Below are positions 19,801 through 28,076 of a stretch of DNA of 64,000 nt, piece by piece (the stretch's first letter is position 1; each line of letters begins with the position of its first letter). The DNA comes from Fluviicola sp. (GTDB lineage Bacteria > Bacteroidota > Bacteroidia > Flavobacteriales_D > Crocinitomicaceae), in the NCBI GenBank assembly GCA_021300395.1, contig JAJTEO010000002.1:6768-70767 (forward strand), in the 5' to 3' direction. Made by a program: the position numbers and the translations under genes. Under the pieces are notes generated by a model. That model made no database searches. It saw only the letters and a program-made list of their open reading frames with translations, and was not told the DNA's origin.

Positions 19801-20299
19801 AATCGATTATTCTACAATTGATTCAGTATTTATCTCTAACATTTCATTTATTACTGCTGATTCTGCTGTAGTAACATGGACTGTTAATTATGGAGGTACA
19901 TCTTCTGTTAATTTAACAAACTACTATGTGATTTTAAGCAATGCAGCTGGTGTATATAACTTTGTTATACAATTATATTGTCCGACAAAATCAATTGGCC
20001 AATTCTTAACTGCTTCTTCTCAATATTATATTGATAAATCAGCGTTAGGTATCACTTCAATTGATAAAGATGCATTTGCTTTAGTTTATCCAAATCCATT
20101 CAATGATAATTTATCGATAGCTTTAAATAGCAATCTAGAAAATACAATCACTATTTCTGATGTGCTTGGAAAAGTAGTTTATTCTACTAATATTAATGCG
20201 AAGAATATTGCAATTGATACAAGAGCATTTTCAAATGGAAATTATATTTTAACAATCGAAAATAAAGAAGGTAGATTTAACTATAAACTAATTAAATAA
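16823..20299 (+). CDS. T9SS-secreted cell-surface protein with SprB-type repeats (adhesin-like)
   Basis: Signal peptide, at least 12 modules with C-N-G...G-G-x-x-P-Y-x-F-x-W-S (SprB repeat signature), and a C-terminal Por_Secre_tail-like domain (LVYPNPFNDNLSI...ILTIEN). Confidence 0.85.
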   Translation: MKKGLLKWSFLVFSMLVSFAYNAQNFVLTMPNTDTTNCNGIAKIDTTIFQSTNWYWTNSSSNVLQQGGNQLNNLCAGTYMLKYNDSTNTLNTYTFNIVFSANNQNNCASLNGTFIVKAHNPNQSANCNGGAAINAYGGTAPYNFQWSNTAGGATISTNDSIFDVCSGNYFVKITDANNCFKDISMFVPQDTSTSTNNCSSLNGNFTVKPHNPNQSANCNGGATINAYGGTAPYSFQWSNTQAGGNVITTNDSLFNVCSGTYFVKITDANNCFKDISMFVPQDTSSSTNNCSSLNGNFTVKPHNPNQSANCNGGATINAYGGTAPYSFQWSNTQAGGNVITTNDSLFNVCSGTYFVKITDANNCFRDISMFVPQDSSSNQNNNCANFSAYISNLIACTDSTDCNGTIDVTANGGQAPYNYSWSTASFGNVPQALNVCAGNYNITVTDSNGCYVNLNAFVPYADSTSNNNCVTLNGNYVVKPHNPNQSANCNGGATINAYGGTAPYSFQWSNTQAGGNVITTNDSLLNVCSGTYFVKITDANNCFKDISMFIPQDTSTTNNNPCSNFTANLNVIPVTDSVNCNGGLNVVTNGGSMPFNFTWTNATSNGPQVNNLCSGNYSVTVVDANNCTLTLTAFVPFNNSNNNPCANFNANVNTVVPASDSVNCNGMVNILTNGGLTPYTFNWSQSSTLNSPQANNLCPGNYTVIVTDANNCNDTLNVVVQYSDSTVVNPCSNFTANLQIFPTTDSTSCNGGLNVFTNGGVAPFNFSWSNAGVNTPNANNLCIGNYTVTVVDANACTVTLNGYVPFSMNPCANSTLQVALTSTNVTANPCNGSITSTVNGGIGQYYYLWNTGATSTSLNSVCQGMYSLTVKDSLGCQRATSIYVGQAIDSTMALNAYVIPTGITQAGICDGSASVVAFGGVTPYSYAFDNGTSNQTATGLCSGLQNVTVTDAAGSSITLNFIISSPQNVIVNTTYQDSTVVDSLYNPAVSNCTIDYSTIDSVFISNISFITADSAVVTWTVNYGGTSSVNLTNYYVILSNAAGVYNFVIQLYCPTKSIGQFLTASSQYYIDKSALGITSIDKDAFALVYPNPFNDNLSIALNSNLENTITISDVLGKVVYSTNINAKNIAIDTRAFSNGNYILTIENKEGRFNYKLIK
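17135..17959 (+). repeat. three tandem near-identical coding repeats (273/276/276 bp) inside the adhesin gene
   Basis: Units start at 17135, 17408 and 17684. Units 2 and 3 differ in only a few nt (aa: ...CFKDISMFVPQDTSSST vs ...CFRDISMFVPQDSSSNQ). The duplicated out-of-frame ORFs 17427..17612 and 17703..17888 confirm the 276-bp period. Confidence 0.95.
18221..18496 (+). repeat. fourth, dispersed copy of the 276-bp adhesin repeat
   Basis: Encodes NNCVTLNGNYVVKPHNPNQSANCNGGATINAYGGTAPYSFQWSNTQAGGNVITTNDSLLNVCSGTYFVKITDANNCFKDISMF, nearly identical to units 2 and 3. Confidence 0.9.
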
Positions 20300-20324
20300 T
20301 CACTCTTTAATTCAAAATTTAGAA

Positions 20325-20356
20325 GAGGAAATCATTTATGGTTTCCTCTTTTTTTT
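20325..20356 (+). terminator. rho-independent terminator of the adhesin gene
   Basis: GAGGAAATCA/TGGTTTCCTC stem (one G-U pair), 4-nt loop, T8 tail. Confidence 0.8.
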
Positions 20357-20398
20357 ATCCAATAATAAAGTATTGAAGAGATTGATTACATTTGTAGT

Positions 20399-20761
20399 AT
20401 GGATTATGCAATTGAATTACGATTTCAGAAACTGAAAAAGAAATTAGAAGATCAATTTGAGATGGGAATGGACGTTCAAGCCATCTTATTTTTAATTGGT
20501 GTTGATGAATTAGGTCATGGACACAAAAATTTCTCAAAAAATGAGAAACAAGATTTAATGCATATTGCCATTTGTACTTTGTTAGAGCCATATGGTTACT
20601 ATTCTTTTGAAGGAAGAGACAAAGAAGATTGGCCACATTTTAAATTAGAAAAAGAGTTACCTCATCTTTCACATTTAGAACAACAACACTTATTAAAAGA
20701 AGCAATGTTGGATTATTTTGTAAAGACTGGTTACGAATTTGAAAGCGTAGAATCGCTATAA
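20399..20761 (+). CDS. conserved hypothetical protein
   Basis: 120-aa ORF directly upstream of rseP. No motif recognised; start uncertain. Confidence 0.5.
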   Translation: MDYAIELRFQKLKKKLEDQFEMGMDVQAILFLIGVDELGHGHKNFSKNEKQDLMHIAICTLLEPYGYYSFEGRDKEDWPHFKLEKELPHLSHLEQQHLLKEAMLDYFVKTGYEFESVESL

Positions 20762-20783
20762 AACATTAAATTTTACGAAAAAT

Positions 20784-22133
20784 ATGGATATTTTAATCAA
20801 AGCAGCACAACTAGTACTTTCCTTATCAATCTTAGTAGTGTTACACGAATTTGGACATTACATTCCTGCAAAATTATTTAAAACACGTGTAGAGAAGTTT
20901 TACCTATTCTTTAATCCTTGGTTTTCTTTATTCAAGAAAAAAGTAGGAGATACAGAATGGGGAATTGGTTGGTTGCCATTAGGAGGTTATGTTAAAATAG
21001 CTGGAATGGTTGATGAATCAATGGATAAAGAACAATTGGCTTTACCTGCTCAACCATGGGAGTTTCGTTCTAAACCAGCTTGGCAACGTTTAATCATCAT
21101 GATTGGTGGTGTAACTGTAAACTTGATATTAGGAATGTTGATTTACATCTGTGTTGTTTTCGGTTACGGTGAAGACAAACTTAACCCAACAGATTTAAAA
21201 GCGGGTGTTTCAGTTCATCCTTATTTAAAAAAATATGGTATTGAATCAGGAGATAATATTATTGCAATCAATGGCGAGAAATTAGAAAATATCTTAGAAT
21301 CGAATACAATCATCATGTTACGTGATGGGCGTAAATTAGATGTTGTAAAAGCAGACGGCACTAAAAAAGTGATTGTTTTACCAGCAAATGTTGATCAAGA
21401 ATTATTTCAAAAAGGTGCAATGCCTGCTTTTGGTCCAAGAAGTTTAGGTGTTCAAATTGGTGAATTAGATACAAAATCTCCTGCTGATTCTGTTGGATTA
21501 TTAAAGAATGATAAAATCGTAGGTGTAAATGGAAATGAGATTACTTATTTCGATAATTTCCAAAAAGTTTTATACCATTCAAAAGGAAAAGAGATCATCT
21601 TGCAAGTAAGAAGAGGAACAGAATTATTAGCAAAAAATATCAAAATTCCAGCTTCAGGTAAATATGAAGGAAAAATCGGTTTTTCGAACAAAGCAGGAAC
21701 TATTTTAGATGAAAAGAAAATCAAGCACATTGATTATTCATTTGGAGAAAGTATCAGCCGTGGTTTAGCAAAAGGTAAAAACACGTTGACGGATTATGTA
21801 GCTCAATTTAAATTTGTTTTCACTAAAAAAGGAGCAGGATCTGTTGGTGGTTTTGCAGCAATTGGAAATATGTTTCCTGCACAATGGGATTGGCAAATTT
21901 TCTGGTTGAATACTGCATTTATTTCAATCGTATTAGCATTTATGAATATTCTACCTATTCCTGCATTAGATGGTGGGCATGTTGTATTTTTATTATATGA
22001 AATTATAACTGGAAAGGAAGCACCTCAAAAAGTATTAGAATATGCTCAAATAGTAGGATTTGTTCTATTGATGGGTCTTCTATTATATGCAAATGGTAAT
22101 GATATTTATAAATGGCTTACTGGAGCTTTTTAA
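20784..22133 (+). CDS. rseP: RIP metalloprotease RseP (site-2 protease)
   Basis: HEFGHY zinc motif in TM1, PDZ region, C-terminal NILPIPALDGGH motif. Confidence 0.92.
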   Translation: MDILIKAAQLVLSLSILVVLHEFGHYIPAKLFKTRVEKFYLFFNPWFSLFKKKVGDTEWGIGWLPLGGYVKIAGMVDESMDKEQLALPAQPWEFRSKPAWQRLIIMIGGVTVNLILGMLIYICVVFGYGEDKLNPTDLKAGVSVHPYLKKYGIESGDNIIAINGEKLENILESNTIIMLRDGRKLDVVKADGTKKVIVLPANVDQELFQKGAMPAFGPRSLGVQIGELDTKSPADSVGLLKNDKIVGVNGNEITYFDNFQKVLYHSKGKEIILQVRRGTELLAKNIKIPASGKYEGKIGFSNKAGTILDEKKIKHIDYSFGESISRGLAKGKNTLTDYVAQFKFVFTKKGAGSVGGFAAIGNMFPAQWDWQIFWLNTAFISIVLAFMNILPIPALDGGHVVFLLYEIITGKEAPQKVLEYAQIVGFVLLMGLLLYANGNDIYKWLTGAF

Positions 22134-22232
22134 AATGAATATCAACCTTTAAACACGATTAATTTGCCTCATTTATAAATTATCAGAAATTGTGGCACAT
22201 TATTTAGACATTTAGTAAAAAAATTAAAAATT

Positions 22233-22895
22233 ATGACAAAAATTAGCACACTTTTCACATTACTTTTAGTTGCAATTTCATCTTTTGGACAATTGAAAGA
22301 AGGACACATTAGTTTTAAAATTGATGTAACAGCAGACAAACCAGAAATGCAAATGCAAGTTGGAATGATGCAAGGATCTTCTTTAGATATTTATTTTAAA
22401 GAAAAAGTAACACGTTCAGAATTCACAATGGGAACGATGATGAAAATGGTTACAATAACAAATCCTGAAAAAGATGCTATGTTGTTGTTAATGTCAGGAA
22501 TGTTAGGTACTAAAGCTATTAAATCGACTATTACCGATGCAAAAAAACAAACTGAAAGTACACCAGATGTAAACGTAAAATTAGAAGAAGAGACTAAAGA
22601 AATTTTGGGATACAAATGTAAAAAAGCAATTGTAACTGATGGAGAAGGGAACGAATCTATCTATTGGTACACAACTGAATTGAACGTAGACAAAAACGGT
22701 CAAAACATGTTAAACGATAAGATTCCAGGTGTTGCTTTAGAATATGAAATTAACCAACAAGGAATGAAAATGTTAATGACAGCGACTTCTATTGACAAAA
22801 AATTAGACAAGAAATCGAAAGATTTATTTGAAATGACAATTCCAGAAGGATATACTGAAGTTTCAGCAGAAGATTTACAGAAAATGGGTAAATAA
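22233..22895 (+). CDS. secreted hypothetical protein
   Basis: Signal peptide (TLFTLLLVAISSFGQ). Met-rich beta-type protein with no catalytic motif. Confidence 0.55.
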   Translation: MTKISTLFTLLLVAISSFGQLKEGHISFKIDVTADKPEMQMQVGMMQGSSLDIYFKEKVTRSEFTMGTMMKMVTITNPEKDAMLLLMSGMLGTKAIKSTITDAKKQTESTPDVNVKLEEETKEILGYKCKKAIVTDGEGNESIYWYTTELNVDKNGQNMLNDKIPGVALEYEINQQGMKMLMTATSIDKKLDKKSKDLFEMTIPEGYTEVSAEDLQKMGK

Positions 22896-22919
22896 TCTAA
22901 ACGACTTTTAAAAATTTCT

Positions 22920-22950
22920 AAACGCTTTAGTTTCCTAAAGCGTTTTTTTT
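22920..22950. terminator. bidirectional terminator
   Basis: AAACGCTTTAG/CTAAAGCGTTT 11-bp stem, 4-nt loop, T-run. Sits between convergent genes and abuts the minus-strand stop. Confidence 0.75.
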
Positions 22951-23446
22951 ATGCATTTTTTCGCTTCTTAATCCGTCGAATACTTTGATGTTTATATTCG
23001 TTTGAAACAACACTTATATTTCCATCTGTTTCTAAAATAACACTGTTAACCTCTTCAATAGAATCACTTCCATGTTCTCTGATGGCTTGTAACAATTCTT
23101 CATTTGTAATATCATTTTTACGACAATTTTCTTTTTGAATTTTTCCTTTGTAAACTAAAATAACTGGTTCACCTTCTATGAATTTTTTTACACCTGGAAA
23201 CGTATATTTCAATTTTTTAAATATAAAATTGATCAAGAATAACACACTCGCTGCTAACAATCCGCCACCTAAAGAAGTATCGGAGCCTACCATCGCATTT
23301 TGAACAGCATTACTGATTAACAAAACAAAAATCAAATCCGTTATGGATAACTGTGCTAATTCTGTTTTCCCTAGAAGTCTCAGGGCGATTATTATAAAAA
23401 GGTATACGCAACTTGTACTGATGATGATATGTATATAATTTTCCAT
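22949..23446 (-). CDS. DUF421/YetF-like membrane protein
   Basis: N-terminal TM helices with the ELAQLSITDLIFVLLISNAVQNAM motif and a C-terminal soluble domain (ETDGNISV). Confidence 0.7.
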   Translation of the reverse strand: MENYIHIIISTSCVYLFIIIALRLLGKTELAQLSITDLIFVLLISNAVQNAMVGSDTSLGGGLLAASVLFLINFIFKKLKYTFPGVKKFIEGEPVILVYKGKIQKENCRKNDITNEELLQAIREHGSDSIEEVNSVILETDGNISVVSNEYKHQSIRRIKKRKNA

Positions 23447-23613
23447 TTTCCGAATGATATGATTTTAAAGATAATACAAATTGAACGGTGATAATCTGCT
23501 ATTCATTCGATTTAACAATAAATATTCACAAGTGATCACAAATAGTGACTTCAATAGGTAGGATAAAATCAACTTTTTTACTAAATTAAAGTAGAATTTA
23601 ATCAAAACCATCC

Positions 23614-24136
23614 ATGGAAATCGCACAAATACATCAGAAGATTTATGAAATCAGAACTTCGACTATCGCTCAGTTTAAAAGGGCAAAAAGTTATGCTAGA
23701 TTATGACTTAGCTGAAATATATGAAGTTGAAAATAAACGTCTTAAAGAGTCTGTAAAGAGAAATATTGAAAGATTTCCTTTAGATTATATGTTTGTCCTT
23801 ACAAAAGAAGAATTTGATTCTTTAAGGTCGCAAATTGCAACCTTAAAGAAAGGTAGAGGTGCTCATAGTAAATATTTACCTTTTGCTTTTACCGAACAAG
23901 GAGTTGCTATGTTATCAAGTATATTAAATAGTCCTAAAGCAATTGAAACAAATATTCTTATAATAAAATCATTAGTATACGTTAGGAGCTTAAATATTAG
24001 TCATAAAGATTTAGATGTAAAAATTAAAGAATTAGGATTTACCGTTATTCGATTTTCGGAAGGGAAAGTATTGCAGAATATCGGAGAGGTTTATCAGCAA
24101 ATTTATAGGGTGGTTGAGGTTTTGAGAGGAGATTAA
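23614..24136 (+). pseudogene. decayed ORF6N (KilA-N-like) gene fused to a DUF559/Vsr-like endonuclease 3' fragment
   Basis: ATG at 23614 encodes MEIAQIHQKIYEIR, then a 25-nt insertion (23656..23680) shifts the frame before GQKVMLDYDLAEIYEVENKRLKESVKRNIERFP. The C-terminus GFTVIRFSEGKVLQNIGEVYQQI is a DUF559 tail. Confidence 0.6.
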
Positions 24137-24231
24137 AAGGTATATAAAATTCTATATTGGTCCTCCCCCTACCCCCTCCAAAGGGGGGAAACGTAGATAT
24201 CCAAAATTATAAGTTTTAATGGATGTGAACT

Positions 24232-24256
24232 TCCTCCCCCTTAGGAGGGGGGAGGA
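24232..24256. repeat. G/C-rich hairpin (TCCTCCCCC-N7-GGGGGAGGA)
   Basis: 9-bp perfect inverted repeat. A related C5..G6 palindrome lies at 24172..24188. Both stand out in AT-rich surroundings. Confidence 0.7.
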
Positions 24257-24290
24257 TAATTCAAAACTCAAAATCAATAATCTAAAATTA

Positions 24291-26903
24291 TCAATGCGCC
24301 TCCAACCAATTCTTCGCCAATTCCATCTCTACTTCCATTGGAACAGCTAATTGAACCGCATTTTCCATCGCGTTTTTCACTAATGACTTCATTTGCTCAA
24401 TTTCATTAACGTGTACGTCGAAAACTAACTCATCGTGCACTTGAAGAATCATTTTAGACCTCAAATTGGTTTTTTTCATCTCTTGGTATACTGCAACCAT
24501 TGCCATTTTGATGATGTCTGCTGCTGAACCTTGAATAGGTGCATTAATCGAATTTCGTTCTGCAAAACCTCTTACGATGGCATTCGACGAATTAATATCC
24601 GGTAAGTAACGACGACGTTTCATAATCGTTTCTACATAGCCATTTTCTCTTGCTTTGGCTACGGTTTCGTCCATATAAGTTTTGATCGTTCCGTATTGTG
24701 CGTAGTAACTATCTATGATTTCTTTCGCTTCTGTTCTTGAAATATTTAAAGTCTGTGATAAACCAAAAGCTGACTGTCCGTAAATGATTCCGAAGTTCAC
24801 AGCTTTGGCTGCACTACGTTGATCACGAGTTACTTCTTCAGGTGAAATATGGAATACTTTGGCTGCAGTAGCCGTGTGAATATCATGACCACTTCTAAAA
24901 GCTTCTACCATGTTTGGATCATTACTCAAAGCAGCGATGATACGTAACTCAATTTGAGAGTAATCCACCGACATCAATAAGAAATCTTCTCCTCGGGCAA
25001 CAAAAGCTTTACGAATTTCTTTTCCGTTTTCTGAACGGATCGGAATGTTTTGTAAGTTAGGATTATTTGAACTTAAACGTCCTGTAGCAGTAACCGTTTG
25101 CATGAAACTCGTGTGGATACGCCCGTCTACTTTATCGCATAACGTTGGAAGTGGATCAACATACGTACTTTTTAATTTACGCAATTGTCTATATTCCAAA
25201 ATCATAGGAATGATTGGGTGATCTTTTTCGTGTTTGATTAATACATCTTCACCAGTCGCATATTGACCTGTTTTTGTCTTTTTCGCTTTTGAAGAGATTT
25301 TCATTTTTTCAAACAAAACTTCTCCCAATTGCTTCGGAGAATCGATGTTGAAATCTACTTCCGCTATACCTTTGATCGATTGTTCTAATTCGGCAGTATG
25401 TTTTTCTAAGTAAATTGAAAATTCGTGTAAACCAACTGAATCAATGGCAATTCCATTTTTCTCCATTTCGTTTAAGACATATACCAACGGCATTTCCATT
25501 TCGTAGAACAAATGTTTCAAATGTTCTTTTTGGATTTCTGGTTCGAAAATTTGTTTTAACTGAAACGTAATATCAGCATCTTCACAAGCATAATCTGAAA
25601 CTTCTTCTGGTTTCAAATCTTGCATGTTACCTTGATTTTTTCCTTTCTTCCCGATTAAATCTGTAATTGAAATCGGTTTGTAAGAAAGGTAAAATTCTGA
25701 CAAGAAATCCATGCTTTGTTTCGCCTCTGGATTGATCAAATAATGCGCAATCATCGTATCGAAAATCGGCGCAGCAATCTCAATTCCGTAGCGACCTAAA
25801 ACTTGTAAATCGTATTTTATATTGTGTGCTATTTTTTCAATTGTCGTTGATTCAAAAAATGGTCTGAACTCTTCTACAATCGATTTGGCATCTTCAAAAT
25901 TATTAGGAACGGCAACATAAAATCCTTCTCTCGCTTTGCATGAAAATGACATTCCAACTAAATCAGCGTGTAATGAATTGATTGAATTGGTTTCCGTATC
26001 AAAGCAAACTTGCGGCTGTTTCAACAAGATTTCTAATAATTCTTTGCGCTCTTCTGGTTGTGTGATTAAATGGTAACTTGGTTTCTCCGTTGCAATTGTT
26101 TTATAATCAGCTGTTTCAACAGGATTTTGCTCTACTACTAAACTTTGTGTTCCAAACAAGTCCATTTGACCTTTATCATCTACAGAAGCAGTCACTACGA
26201 TGTCCTCACCGATTACTCTACGAGCGATATTTCTAAATTCTAATTCTGTAAAAATCTCTTTTATTTTCTCAGCATCCGGCGGACAAATAATTAATTCATC
26301 TTCTATGAAATCAACTTCCACATCGATGATAATCGTAGCCAACATTTTAGAAACGATACCTTGTTCAGCGAAATTGATAACGTTTTCCTTTTGTTTTCCT
26401 TTTAATTCATCGGCGTTGGCGATCAAATTTTCAACCGAACCATATTTTTGAATTAATATTTTCGAAGTTTTTTCTCCAATTCCAGGGATTCCAGGGATAT
26501 TATCCGCAGCATCACCCCATATTTTAGCCAATGTCCCAATTACATCATCTGCCTCAAAACCTTCAACTTGAACAATCGGAATATTGAAAGCTTGAATGAT
26601 CGTTTTAATCGGCTCAATCATCGAACGAATATCTTCCGGCATCTCTTCACGGTGCGCTTTATACGCCTCAAAATCTTCCTGACGATGCGTTGCACCACCC
26701 GGAGGATCGAAAACAACTGCAATGTGCGTTGGTTCTTCCGTTTTAATAATATCGATTAACGCATTGGTAAAACCAAACGCCGCCGAAGTGTTTTGTCCTT
26801 TGGAATTGATACGAGGATTTTTAGCAAAAGCGAAGTAAGCTCTGTAAATCAAGGCATAAGCATCAAGCAAAAATAACTTCTTATCGTGTTTTGGAGTTAA
26901 CAT
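24291..26903 (-). CDS. polA: DNA polymerase I (with internal deletion in the 5'-nuclease domain)
   Basis: 5'-nuclease N-terminus ([25 protein letters not shown]), 3'-5' exo (FDTETNS), pol motifs ([29 protein letters not shown]). TLAK runs directly into [11 protein letters not shown]. Confidence 0.93.
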   Translation of the reverse strand: [870 protein letters not shown]

Positions 26904-26975
26904 ACATTTTCAATTTTATGAAGAGGAACAAAAATAGCAATAAGAAATTAGATTTACAGATATTAGAAGTTAGAC

Positions 26976-27005
26976 TTAAAGAAGAAAGAGTTAAAGAAGA
27001 AAGAG
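26976..27005. repeat. 15-bp perfect tandem duplication (TTAAAGAAGAAAGAG x2) in the polA-LysR spacer
   Basis: Read directly: 26976..26990 is identical to 26991..27005. Confidence 0.9.
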
Positions 27006-27064
27006 TTATGAACGTATTAAAATAAGTCTTAAAATCTTGAATCTTATCGTCTTGAGTCTAGCAT

Positions 27065-27988
27065 CTAATACCCCTCATACCATCCAAATTTTTCCTTAAT
27101 GATTCTATTTTTCTCTTGATTAATATATTCAAGATAAGAAGCAGCTACAGCTGATAATTTTTTATCTTTTAGCCAAATGATATTCCAATTGGACTCGATT
27201 GGAAAACCTTTAACAGGAATAATTTGTAATTCTTTATTTTGCAATTCGTTTTTCAGACCAATAATTGGCATTATTGAAGCACCTAATCCTGCAATTACTG
27301 CTTGCTTAACAGCTTCATTTGAAGTTAATTCCATTTTTTTAACAACAGGTAAATTATGTTGGTTGATATAGCGCTCCAAAACTATACGAGTTCCTGAACC
27401 TTTTTCACGGTATATCATCGGTATTTTCTCAAAAAACGAACTTGAATACTGTTGTTTTTTATAAGTTGTTTCAGTATTATCTAAAACATATAATTGGTTC
27501 TTTAAAAGTTCAATGTGATTTGTTTGAATAGTTTCAGGAAGTACACTTACCAATGCAAAATCAACTTCGTTTTTTTCTAAACTTTCTAGTACACCCGACT
27601 TATTGGTAACATCCATTTGAAGTTCAATTCCAGGATATAATTTTAGAAAGTCAGCTAAAAAATAGGGCATAACGTATTTAGCAGTTGAAACAATTGAAAT
27701 TTTTAATTTCCCTGTCAATTTACCCTTATAAGCTAATTTTTTATAATTCAATGTGTTGACTTCATTGATAATTTTTTCAGCGGCTAGTGCTACTTCTTTT
27801 CCAAAATCTGTAATATAAATTTTACGTCCAACAACTTCTGTTAAGGGAATATCGAATTGATTTTGAAAATTTTTTAATTGAATTGATACCGCTGGTTGAG
27901 TTAAATGTAACTCTTCTGAAGCCTTCGTAACACTTTCTGTTTGAACGATTTTTAAGAAAATCTGAAGTTGATTTAATGTATAATTCAT
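27065..27988 (-). CDS. LysR-family transcriptional regulator
   Basis: N-terminal wHTH (LNQLQIFLKIVQTESVTKASEELHLTQPAVSIQLKNF) plus LysR substrate-binding domain. Divergent from the SbtA-like permease. Confidence 0.9.
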   Translation of the reverse strand: MNYTLNQLQIFLKIVQTESVTKASEELHLTQPAVSIQLKNFQNQFDIPLTEVVGRKIYITDFGKEVALAAEKIINEVNTLNYKKLAYKGKLTGKLKISIVSTAKYVMPYFLADFLKLYPGIELQMDVTNKSGVLESLEKNEVDFALVSVLPETIQTNHIELLKNQLYVLDNTETTYKKQQYSSSFFEKIPMIYREKGSGTRIVLERYINQHNLPVVKKMELTSNEAVKQAVIAGLGASIMPIIGLKNELQNKELQIIPVKGFPIESNWNIIWLKDKKLSAVAASYLEYINQEKNRIIKEKFGWYEGY

Positions 27989-28076
27989 AAAATATATTTA
28001 TGTAAAGTATAACAAATATAAATAAAAATATATAAATAATTAGTCGGTAATTTGTTTGAACAAATAATTGTATAAA

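Noticed and set aside
16823-20299. Regularly spaced repeats that could be mistaken for a CRISPR array
   Set aside because: The repeats are 273-276 bp, in frame, and encode SprB-type protein modules inside one long ORF with a signal peptide and a T9SS CTD. They are not a repeat-spacer array.
20387-20394. TACATTTG -7-like box only 4 nt upstream of the ATG at 20399
   Set aside because: The spacing would place the transcription start at or after the annotated start codon. Either the start codon is wrong or the match is fortuitous, and this cannot be resolved from sequence alone.
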